DNA of 64,000 nucleotides from Ramazzottius varieornatus. Its lineage: Eukaryota > Animalia > Tardigrada. Shown in pieces: positions 52,827 to 64,000 of the stretch. Below the pieces are notes generated by a model. The model was not told where the DNA came from. It did no database searches and saw only the letters and a program-made list of their open reading frames with translations. Numbering within the stretch: the stretch's first letter is position 1; every line of letters begins with the position of its first letter. The position numbers and the translations under genes were made by a program. The stretch is from the NCBI GenBank assembly GCA_001949185.1, contig BDGG01000008.1, positions 1 to 64,000 on the forward strand. Direction: 5' to 3'.

Positions 52827-54515
52827 CTACTTCGGAACCTTGCAAAGCACCGCGGACCAGTTGCGACGAACAGCAGTGGGTAAGCAGGTCTGCCAATGGT
52901 GGGCGTAGTTCTGGACTCCTTGAACCAGCATCCCGCATAGGCCACATTCGTAATTCGGGGCGTCGTGTACCATCATCTTTCCTTGAAGGAGGGTCTCGTA
53001 GGTGGACAGACCATTGTTCCCATGCGTACTCCCACCCGTGCTCGCAGAGTCGGTAGAGATCTTTGAGCTCATAGAGTCTTTCCTCACGTCTTCTGAAGAT
53101 GGCTTGATGCTCGCGGTGTCCTTACCACTGTCCTTCCGGAAAAAGAAGCGCTTTTTGAACGGTACGTTAAACTTTGATGGCTTCTCAATGAGGGTCTCGA
53201 TTTCTTTGTCTTCAGCATTCGTAGTCGGTATGGACGCTGGAATGAATGAATTACTAGAACTGTTCGATATACTGGGAGTCTTTGCAGAAGACGCTACGGC
53301 TCCATCTCGGCCGGAAACCGTTTTGGTGGCTGCTTTGGGCTTATGCCATCGTCGGTGGGACGCAAGGTTCGCCGGACAGTGGAAGGACTTTCCGCATTCG
53401 GGACACTGGTATTCGAGGTGCACTATCTGTGGGCAGTTGTGACCAGCAAGGGCGAAAACGTCCTCATATTTCACTTTGCACAATCGACAAACGTAGTCCC
53501 CGATGATGTTATCGATCTTGGCAATGGCGGCTCTCTTCTCCTCGGTAATTTCGACCACATTGATCGAACGATCGACGTCCCCGCGTCGAACTATGATCAC
53601 ATTGTCCAGTGGTCCGTCCGAAATCTCGCGAATTATAGTCCCGGTGATGGGAGACGAAGTCAGCTCATCTGGCGCCACCTGTCGACCACCTTTAGTCCTT
53701 CTGTGCTTCGGCGCCTGTTTAAAAGAAATATAGATGGTATTCATATGGATGATCGCTTTCTTCGTTAGTGTTATATTCATAAAAAAGTAAAGTGTTAACA
53801 AAGTCTCTCAAATTTGCAGAAGTCCTAATTTCTTGCATTACTTCACATGTAATTTCGAGAGGTGGCTTACAGGTCGACCAGCTGCCATCCTTGTGGTGGC
53901 ATTCGGCGTTGCATTATCCACTGCGTTGGTGACGCTGTTAGTCCTCTTTCTCGAGGTGGGAGAAAGAAAGGAAGAGGCCGGAGGAAGTGGCGTTGGATGC
54001 CGCAGCTGTACGGTCAAAGGACACTGTCCGCCTGACTGCCCTGCGTCAACGTAGCAAGGTGGTTGCGCCAGCTGCCGCTCTCTGCCCGACGTCTGTTCTC
54101 CTTGAACGAAGGAAAGTTGACGCATATCCGCAATCTCTTGCTGATTACCTGATACGGCCAGATTTTGTAGTATTCGGGGCAGCGACGAAATGTGTCCCAT
54201 GGGATGCATAGGCGAAAGGGGTGACTTAGCAGGCAAGCTGTCCGACGAAGTACTCGATGTGACACTTTCCTGTCCGAGGTTGAGCTGGACTGGTCGACTC
54301 GCGTCGAAGGAAACCGACGGAGACAGTTGGCCGAGCTCCCCGGGAAGTGTGGATTCTCTCCCAGAGTCCGAACTGTAGTCGCTCATCGCGCGGTCTTCCT
54401 CGAAACTCCGCCGATCTGTGGGAGGGACGATAATAATTGCTGACGCTGGTGGTGTGCTGGGGAACTCAACGCGGTCCGCCAAGAAACGACGCTTGAATAT
54501 CATATCTCGTGGCAT
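52827..54515 (-). CDS. INSM1/IA-1/nerfin C2H2 zinc-finger transcription factor, 2 coding exons
   Basis: DELTSSPITGTII, RRGDVDRSINVVEITEE, IGDYVCRLCKVKYEDVFALAGHNC and EYQCPECGKSFHCPANLASHRRWHKP are INSM/nerfin/EGL-46 signature blocks. SNAG-like MPRDMIFKR start. Confidence 0.93.
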
Positions 54516-56258
54516 TCCTCTGTCGAAAACGAGACAACTCTGAAAGAAAAACTGTTAAAGAATGGTAACGAGCATTGCCATTATTATAAAGATAATACTG
54601 AGAAGATTATGTATACGGTTGAAATGGGTTCTCAGATTCGAAAGGTACTAACCTGCAAGTTTTATCCTTTGAGTTCAAGCTTCGAAAGGGACATGTCCAT
54701 CTTGTGGACTGCAGTGGGGATAAAGGATGGCTCTGATGCGAAGAGGATTCTAAAATGGTCGGTCCATTCCGGGAGCAGAGAAGGGAAGCTGGACGATTGG
54801 TCTGGAAAGACTGCAGGCAAAGAATATGCAAAGCAATGAAAGAATTAACAATGACTGACCAGTGGCGATATGTATCGGCGGGCGAAGTCATAACTGGAAA
54901 CGACAGATGGACGCGTGCCGCAATTGATTGTTCGCCTTCCTTCCACCCATCCTTTTCACTCATTCCCTTACTCCCTCTTTTCTTGCCTTCATCGCTCATA
55001 TCTTTTTGGAAACAGCATGTGTTGACCATTGGTCTACGCCCTTCAGGGATGAAGCATTACAGTGAACTTTCGGACGCTGGTCAAGCCGTACTTTAAAGCG
55101 GGCAGTCACGTGAGAAAAACGTCCCTTCTTTCCTCTTGTCGGAACCACGTGAGAGGAATGCCCTCTTTCATCTGCTTGTCAGAAAAAGCTGGACGTTCAT
55201 CCAGAGAGTGATGAATGGCTGCAGATTATCGATTAGTTCACCAGTGAAATTATTTGGTCGTTACGGAAGCGCGAGAGAAGAAGGAAGAGTGGCCACTGTC
55301 CAGGAGAACAGCTGGACTTCACGGCGACCTGGCAGCTATTGCCTGGAAAGGGTGGAATATCTTCTGTGGGATTAACGAGAAACGCCACTTCATATCCACA
55401 TGCGAATGGGCTTCCATTGTTCCCTATTTTCAAATACGATATTACGGCCACGTGCCATGCGAACATATCCTCCACCCCTTCCATGTCCTCCTGAACTTCC
55501 CAAATTTCACCAAAGCCATCCAAAATTTCTAACTTAGAGCTCTATCCTCACAGAACACAACTGGATGACACAGTCCCTACTTTCTCATCACAAGTCTTTG
55601 TTACATTCAACTACTGTACATATTCCCTGTAGATGAGAAAATTCGTCCATAACCCAGTGTGTGAATATCTAGTATTAATAAAAAACAATGAAGATGTAGA
55701 AAAATCGAAAAAATACTCATCGGAGTTTTGAGACGGAAATTTCGAGATATTTCAGTGGTCAGTTTTGTGACACGTCAGCGGTCAGAGCTAAAAAAGGGCA
55801 AAGTGTGCCTCAAAGTCAATCAATAGTTGCCGCTGGAATGGACAGAAGCTGGTTGGGGTGCAATTGTTTCTGGTCGGAGCAATGGACGCTTAATTGATAT
55901 GTAGGAATCTCCAGTGCATATGGATATTACGTTCACAGTTGGAATGCTCATTTGAATATCAGCTGCATCATCGCCACGCTGAAGCTTACCGTACTTGGAA
56001 TCCTTATTGCATCCCAACCTAATTAGCTGGTCAGTGATCCGAAGAGTGGCCTTCCTGTGAGATCTACGTGGGAAAAGAAAACGTTAGTTGCGCCAAATAC
56101 AAGCCCAGAAATCTCCAGGCGATAGTTAAGACCCAAGTTTTCTGGTTCATCGAAAACCATTTTCCCTGATAGTTTTTCTTCGTTTTGCGAACTTCATTGA
56201 AAATTTTCTCAGTCGAAGGACTACGCTATGGTGTACCTCTGAGGAAAGTTTGACTTCG

Positions 56259-58069
56259 CTATGAAGGTTTTTCCGGCCGTAGAAGCTCAGTCGTTTCTTC
56301 CTTCTGGTTAGTTTGGTCTTCAGGCAGATCTTTGGCGTCGGTGGGCGTATACTGGTGGGAACTCAGCACCACGATAGGAATGGCGGTCTCCCCAAAATGA
56401 GGAATTAGTGACCGAATGCGTAGACGAAGCTGGAACGAGAACAGCTTCCGCATGAGATATCCTTTCTTTCTTTGGGCCTCGCATATTATTATAATTACGC
56501 AGAAAAGCCGAGATAACGGGTTGACAAGTAGGAAGAAATGAGATTACCACGGCTTTGTAGGAGTTCCTAATGATAGGGCAGTCCAACACAGAAGGAACAG
56601 CGTTTGGAGGAATCGTCAGGCAAGACACCCACTCACTATCGCTGTGGGCGTTAATTATTTCTCCATTGATTTTTAACAACACATCCTTGATCTGCTTTGA
56701 CAGGCCCTTCTTGCCAAGGAAGGTCTGCACTTCCATAAAGCACAAGCTGGAAGAGATGCGCCATGGCGTTGGGTTCTTGACATTGACGGTCAGGTTTACT
56801 GTTTCCCCTGGAGAATATGTGAACCGGCTGGTCGTGATGGAGGCGACAACCGCTGCCGGAGTAACACATGCCAGACGGGAGAGGGGAAATTTATGAATCG
56901 CTACAACAGGATCCTGCAAATATGCCAACGTGGAAAACTACGTCACTCTATCTTTCTCTTCTTGTTGCGGAGAGACATGCCAGCACGAACCTGTACGGTA
57001 TTCGGGCTTGGCATAATGAAGACAGCGCGACTGATAGTTTCTCTGAAGTACTCTCCTCCGCCGACTTCCACCGTTGCGTCGATCCAGTACCGTATTGCTC
57101 CATACAGTCCCACCCAGGAAGCCGGTGCTCCTCTGAAAAAAATCAGTATTGTAAAATTCTAGCACTGTGCATGCTCCATGCTGATTAGGCAATTCCTGTA
57201 ACATTTTAGAAAAAGTACCCTGCAACATTTTATCAATGCTTGTCTCAACACAAACAAATTTTCCAAACATGCTGGTGTTGATCCTGCGTCGACATCGCTG
57301 AGCTCAGAAAATTCCTGTTTGTGCGGCACGTGATAAGTATGCCGCGGGGTCTGCTTAGGTGCGGCGTAACCCTCGTAAGTCTGACTTCATTTGACTCAGC
57401 TCTACAACCTAATTGTCTCGCCCAAGGACTTTATATCTCTCTTTGCGAGACGGTGACTAAAACACTGGTGAAAAAATAAGCGAAGAACACACCCAGAATG
57501 GCGCACGTAATTGGGAGTCAGGCGAGCAAACTCGACAAGATCGCTCTCTCAAGTGGCGCACGACTCAGCTGAGGATAACGGGAACGTGCGGCACTTGAGA
57601 AAACAACTGTGTCGAGTCTGATTGTCGAGCTACCAGTTAGTATCTACATACTGGACGTAAAGGCAAGATAAAGAACTAACTTTTCAGGAAGCTTGAAGAC
57701 AAAAGGGAACTCTTCTGGACCAAACAATCCCAGACGACTGGGGATCTTCCGTAGGAGGTCGGGTCCAGATGGCGCTGAGGCTCTTCGGTTCTCGTATACG
57801 GACTCTTCCGCGTCGAAGTAATGGATGGTGTTGGAAACACTCTTGTGGTGGTCGGAGTGACTAGTCGAACTTGAGGAACGTGAGGCGGAGCCAGACTTGC
57901 TCCAGAAGACTTTAGCCAGCCCATGAATACCCACTCGAATCTTGGAGATCATCTGGCCGGGCCGTGGGGCCAAGACGAGAGCTCCTGCGATCGATTCTCC
58001 CAAGTGGTATTCCTCTTGATCGCACAAGAGCTCAATGTCGAAACGCTGAAGTCGTGTAGTACGCCGCAT
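56259..58069 (-). CDS. Alpha-arrestin (arrestin domain-containing protein)
   Basis: YHLGESIAG..L, IRVGIHGLAKVFW, FPFVFKLPE, PASWVGLYGAIRYWIDA, YSPGETVNLTVNVKN and LTIPP..VPSVLDCPIIRNSY. 3' end uncertain (possible extra exon to 55820). Confidence 0.88.
57510..57640. repeat. Intronic palindromic element, copy 11
   Basis: AGTGGCGCAC (57552-57561), 24 nt, GTGCGGCACT (57586-57595). Arms TCTCAAGT/ACTTGAGA and ACTCGACA/TGTCGAGT. Confidence 0.88.
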
Positions 58070-59332
58070 TTCTACGAGTATGTGGTCCACAGATGAGAAG
58101 CCCTAGACCAGCGAAAAACAAAGGATAGAGCTCTGATATCAACCGATCCGCAACGTCATAATATAAAATACTCAAAAGACCTTCGCGTACCGTTTTTTCA
58201 ACACATCAACATTTCACTGCGGTAGCACGAAGACCACCTAGACTCGAGTCAATTGTGCTGTTTTTCCCTCAAATGCAGAGCATTGGGTCCGTTGAATGGG
58301 TCCAGGGTCTATTTCAGAGTATACTCAACGCGGACGCAGGTCGTGTACTGAGAAACGTCGCTTCAAGCCGACTCTGAATCACTGCAAAGAGCGGAAATGA
58401 AACAAGCAAATATCAATATCAAGAACTTGATCAAGCAGCAAGCTTGAAGGTTTTAAGGTTTGATAATGCGCCATCCAATCGCGTGATGGGGGAACGATGG
58501 GTTTTGAAGAATTCATCGGACAAGATAGTCACGCAGATATCCGGATATCTTAACTTACGTCGAGTATTAGAGACTGATCCGACTAAACTGGTCTTGAGAG
58601 ATAGGTCCATCTGCTGTGATACTTTGTATGTATGTGCAGAACGTAAGCTCGCGAACGTGGTGCACTGAAAGAAAAGACATGTATGGCCGTTTACTGCAAC
58701 TCAGTGATGCCCTTCAGGGACGTTTGTCAGCGCACTGATGTGTACTTCTGCAACGCGTAGAATTCGAGGTTGTCAAACAAAAACACACCAACGAGCCAAG
58801 TTAGCAGTATTGAATCTGCAGCACTTACATTTCCGGGCTGAGCATACAGTGCGATGGTATACTGTTGTTCCGTAATACAACTAAGAAAATGCTTCACAGC
58901 CGGCTCTGCTGGTGAATTGTTGGCTGTCAATGATCGCATATACATCCGAACCGAAAAAGCATACGGGAGTCCCGTGACGTTTACAGTAGTCCGACGGGAG
59001 TTTCCGGAAACGAATCAGAGTACCGAAGCCTAGATCAACACCCGGAAGAGAAGGAAGACATGAACTAAACAACACCGCAGAACGCCAAAACAAAACCAGA
59101 GATTCGGAAAAAGTTAAAAACGCTGGTTGTGTCAGACAGTAATGATGGCTCTGATATGACATCATGTCACATTACCTGACATCGCAACGTAATTAGTACG
59201 ATCGTTTCTTCTTGTTTATTACTACAACTTCCGGTCAGATTATTCCTTCCCAGTCACTGTGGTGCTGCTGAACCACGCGTTGCCGGGACCAGAAACGCAC
59301 AACCAAGCTCTTGATTGTATACGTCAAAGGCG

Positions 59333-59364
<32 letters not shown>
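59333..59364. repeat. (AGAT)8 microsatellite
   Basis: Read directly from the sequence. Followed by TTATTG (CAATAA on the minus strand). Confidence 0.95.
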
Positions 59365-59382
59365 TTATTGAGCCTCGACTGT

Positions 59383-59925
59383 CTAAGCTCTGTTTCACCA
59401 ACCATAGACCCTAAGACTTTCCAAACGGTGAGCTTCTTGCAGATTACTTCTGCCCAGATATGGCTCCGAGTTGTTCAAACAGTCGAACGGCTATCAACTG
59501 GCCGTTCCAGAAAGTTGAGATTACTTCTTGATTATCCCGCAACCGGGGAAGATCAGCTGGTAAGATCTTTGATTCTCCTGATGTACGACCCTGTACGNNN
59601 NNNNNNNNNNNNNNNNNNNNNNNNNNNNNNNNNNNNNNNNNNNNNNNATACACCTTGATTGACTGGAACAGCTGCACACCTGTACTCGGGCCTTTTTACG
59701 TGTACGACTCCGTACAGGGTCGCACATCACGAGAATCAAAGATCTTATCAGTTAATCTTCCCCGGTTGCGGGATAATCAAGAAGTAATCTCAACTTTCAG
59801 GAACGGCCAGTTGATTGCCGTCCGACTGTTTGAACAACTCGGAGCCATATCTGGACAGAAGTGGTCTGAAAAAAGCTCACCGTTTGAAAAGTCTTGGGGT
59901 CTATGGTTGGTGATATAGAGCTTAG
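59383..59925. mobile_element. Foldback / long-TIR element spanning an assembly gap
   Basis: About 215-bp arms (59383-59597 and about 59712-59925) are imperfect reverse complements. A 50-N gap lies between them. Confidence 0.85.
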
Positions 59926-60292
59926 TCGACGGCTTCCTCGATCGTCACAGGATAACGAAACATAGAAAATTACAGTAATAACAGCTTTGGCAAGTGGAAG
60001 CGATAGTAGGCTGGGACCAGGGCTTAGCCAACTGCACCAGGGTATCCATGACGTCATTGAAAGACGTGCGGGACAAAAAGGCGAGTTCTGCAAGAATTGA
60101 TTCTCAATACTCCTGTAGCCAAGTCAGCGCCTTGTCGTGTGGGACAGCCTGTATCATGATAAAGCGAATATTATGGTAACCTGGTCTCAGATGGACGCGC
60201 GGTTCAGCAGCACTACATGTTCCCAGTCCTGCCGCGTCACCGGCTGTTCCGTGAGGAGATTTATAAACTTGTATGTCGAATGAATCTACATC

Positions 60293-62208
60293 ATGTTTGC
60301 AAAACGGCTATTGCAGACTTGTTTGGATTTGCGATTTGTGCTCAGGCGAAACTCTGTTGCTGCAGCATCAACTACCATCTACGCGTTGTCTTCTGGTAGA
60401 GGGAAAAGTGGCATTGCTGTCGTTCGTGTTAGTGGACCAGACACGGGATCCGTACTGGTGCAACTGCTGGACCGGAGAAGCCTTCCACAACCTCGACGCG
60501 CATCGTTGCGTGTGGTGCGCGATCCACTGACAAAGGAGAAGATCGACAAGGGAATTGTCCTTTGGATGCCCGGTGAGCGAAAGCAGCGAATCCAGATCGT
60601 ATTGCGACTCACCTTGACAGTCATCTGTGTTACAGGTCCTCATACATTCACTGGAGAGGATTTGGCCGAGCTTCATATCCATGGAGGACAAGCCGTCATC
60701 AACGCGGTGTTGTACGCAATTGGTCGTGTTCCTAAAACAAGGCTTGCCGAGCCCGGCGAATTTACTAGAAGGTCCGTCATTGACTTATTGTTATGTCCTG
60801 ATCGTCGATCCCTTCTAACAGTCAATCTCACCTTGTTACAGGTCGTTTCTTAACGGGAAGATTGACTTGACGGAAGCGGAAGGCATCGCGGATGTTATCC
60901 ATGCCGAAACTGAGGCTCAACGACGTCAAGCTTTTAGGCAAATGGATGGTGATTTGAGGAGGAAGTTCTCTGATTTCAGAGAGCGACTTATGACAGTAAG
61001 TGAAGCAGCAAGCGTGGGTTCTTGACTATTAACTTCATAAAGCACTATAGCTTTTAGGATGGCTGGTCTTGGCACTAATAGTTTTGAGCTAGTGGGTGGT
61101 TAAACGCGGCTTATGAGGACTTGTTTCAGTAGGCTCGAGCCCATCTGGAAGCCTTTATCGATTTTAGCGAGGAAGAACATCTGGAGCCCGACATCCTCAA
61201 TAAAGGTTCGTCCGTTTATTTTTTATTCGAATTGCCTGCGATGGTTCATTGCGATGACTCTTGCAGTAAAACGTGCAGTCAAATCGGTGCAAGTTGACCT
61301 GAAAGAATGCCTGACGGATAACAGGCGAGGAGAACGTCTTCGGAATGGCGTACATGTCACCATAGTTGGAGAGCCTAATGTGGGCAAAAGCAGCCTTCTT
61401 AACGCAATATGTAAGACTTTTGATCCAGCAACATGGGAAAAGCACCAATCTGGTTTTCGAATAGTCCATAGCCCTATCAAGATTGGTGCTTTCTTTTTCA
61501 ATTTCAGGTCAGAAGCCAACAGCGATCGTTTCGCCAATCGCAGGCACAACGCGCGACGTGGTGGAGTCGGCGTTCGATCTTGGAGGCTACCCGGTACTTC
61601 TGTCCGATACTGCTGGTCTTCGAGAGACTGAAGATGTCATCGAAAGCGAAGGTGTGCGTCGCGCAGTGTCTCGAGCAGTATCGTCAGACCTGATCGTCCT
61701 CGTACTAGATGCCGACCAGTTTACACATGTTGCTCCGAGTTCGTTAGACAATCCAGACTCCTTCATTAGGTCTCGTTTAGCCTCCTTCGGAATACAACCC
61801 GTAGAAAACCAGAGAGTAACTTTGTTGGTCAACAAAATTGACTTAGTTCCTGATGAAGTAGCTCAGCAGTGGCGCACTTCCTTACCCAAAGAGTTTATTT
61901 TCCTCTCCTGTACGACCAACACGGGAATGAGAGAGTGTATTGGGAAGTTAACAGGGATGGTCGAAGAGCTATGCGGAAATCCGTTAGTGGGGGAAGCCAG
62001 CCTCACACAGCATCGGCATCGCAGTAATCTGGAAGCCTGTGCAGAACGTCTGGGCCGGTTCCAGGAACTGCTGGACTCTGCGGAAGATGTGACACTAGCC
62101 ACTCACGAGATCCAGCAAGCTTTAAGGTTTCTGGGGAAAGTGACTGGTCACGTTTATGTCGAAGAAGTCCTCGATGTTATTTTCCGCGATTTTTGTATTG
62201 GCAAATAA
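60293..62208 (+). CDS. GTPBP3: Mitochondrial tRNA modification GTPase GTPBP3 (MnmE/TrmE)
   Basis: TIYALSSG...[71 protein letters not shown] and terminal FCIGK. Basic N-terminal presequence. Confidence 0.96.
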
Positions 62209-63131
62209 ACCCGGCAAAGTTATTTTCTTTGATTTTTGTTTCTGCTGTAGATGAATTTGTCACCTCGTGATGACTTTGTTTCGCATCTCGTGTTTGTCTT
62301 TCACTGTGTTTGTCGACACTGTTAGCCAGCCGGTTGCCTTCGAACTTTGATTAACAAGTGTGTGTTTGATATTGAAATTCCAAACGACTCATTACATCCC
62401 ATCGATTGATGGCTATGAGCCGTGCACTTGATATGTAATTGTATCAGTCAATATTTGGCGAGACAGATCACTTGTTCGCGATGGAGTACCCTAGCCGGGC
62501 ACTGGCGGGTCCCCATCAACGTCCGACAACGATGGATGGAGTTGCCTGTTCCGCCGGCTGGAAACCTGTTCTTGCAACTACTGACCGTATACAGGCTAAT
62601 TTCTGTCTACGGTAGAGGAATGGTATTTATAAAGCCGAACGTGACTTCGGCGGGGCGATTGGAATCACATCAATTCGCTGTTTTACTTTCTACCTCGGTC
62701 TACTGCACCTCTATAGTGTATTTTATAATCTGGAAAGGGGATTAAGCTACGAGTACTTCACCAACCAGATAGATGTGCGCTTCAGACTGGGTTAATAGTT
62801 CATGCACGGGCAACTCTACAGACCACGCCTAGCTAAATCCCTCAATTTGGCCACATTATTTTTTTCATAAGTTGACGACCTGGGCGGCAGACGAGCACAC
62901 ATCTGTGTACCGGCCGGTTTCCTAGTCAGTCGCTGACCACCATTGTTTGTTTCGCGCCGAGTACTTTTATGCTAATGACGTGTTTAACGTAAAGTTCGTA
63001 GCATACGCCGGTTTCACGTCCAGAGAGGGACGCTGGACGCGGAAGCCTGGGAGCCATGTTTGCGGGCGTCGAAACTTTCCGTGGAATACCAATATCTGAT
63101 CAACCTCTGCGTATGATTATAAATTAGCGGG

Positions 63132-64000
63132 ATGTTTTGCAGTCATGTGTTGGGAATATACCGAACATGGGGACTGATTATGGTGTGTTTATTCACTTCC
63201 CTGTTCCTGGTTGTGGAGCCGTTCGGGAACGAGATGCTATCGTCGTACCTCCTCGCCCCATCCCCTCGCATTGATTACACAAAGTAAAATGAAAATCTTC
63301 TCCATCACTCGCGTTTGACCTAGGTAAAATTTGTCTTCTTTCTGGAGCAGCAATCAGTTGTTCAAGATCTACACTCGGACACCAGAAGACTTGGCGCTGC
63401 TAAAGCGATGGCAGGTGGAGCTGCGCCCGCTTCAACTGGACTTTTGGGACGATGCCTTGCCGGATTACTTCAATCCTTTCCATACCAGCTTCCTGGTTCG
63501 TGTTCCTCCGCAGTCAGTCAAGGACTTCACGGGATACCTCATCGCTGCAGAAATAGACTACCAAATATCAAGTCACGATCTCAAAAAACTAGTCCAATGG
63601 GAGAAGATGACAGTAGCCACCGCACAACAGGCAGGTCGAAACCGTGGCTCCGGGATGGTCATCGCACAAAGCCCCGGCACCGACAGATATCCGAATCATC
63701 GCAGAGTCTTACTCCCGGGTGTACATACCTTAGCATCCTATCTCCCACTGGAGAACGTCAATAACTTTATCGATTCCATTGTCGATCGACATCCTGTAAT
63801 GGCAAGCACCTTCGAAATCGGCAGAAGTTTCGAAGGACGACCTATACGCGGAATAAAGGTACCTACGAGTACCTTACTGTAATATAGAATTCAAGGCACT
63901 ATCTCCTTACGTTTTGTGTCGCTCAACTTAGATCGGTACTCCGTTTATGAACTTCGGGGAAACCACCTTTGAAGACCCACAGTCAGTTCCACCCACAGTA
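63132..64000 (+). CDS. Zinc carboxypeptidase (M14A, CPA/CPB-like), 5' part, runs off the window
   Basis: Hydrophobic leader, propeptide (IDYTNNQLFKI...LDFW...VRVPP...IDYQISSHDLKKLV) and catalytic-domain start YLPLENVNNFIDSI...IGRSFEGRPIRGIKI. Confidence 0.88.

Overview
Gene-dense eukaryotic (animal-like) genomic DNA with many short GT-AG introns (mostly about 50-100 nt). It resembles a compact invertebrate genome such as a tardigrade, but the taxon is inference only. Genes assembled by hand from spliced ORFs: tRNA-Val(AAC), a Xi-class GST/glutathionyl-hydroquinone reductase, maelstrom, an intron-containing cytosolic Hsp70, a coiled-coil/BEN-like protein, an hnRNP A/B/D (squid-like) protein, TTC19, an SLC4 bicarbonate transporter, a long protein ending in a dynein-light-chain domain, an uncharacterised protein, septin-7-like, TTC21B/IFT139, DRAK/STK17 kinase (6.4-kb first coding intron), INSM/nerfin, an alpha-arrestin, GTPBP3/MnmE and the 5' part of an M14 carboxypeptidase. 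Several MITE-like inverted-repeat elements and two assembly gaps are present. The most striking unexplained signal is a family of about 125-150 bp palindromic elements. All 11 copies lie in introns (one intron is inferred), in 8 unrelated genes. They share the core AGTGGCGCAC-N24/25-GTGCGCCACT and a CCAAT-like loop motif, while the outer arms differ between copies yet stay self-complementary within several copies.
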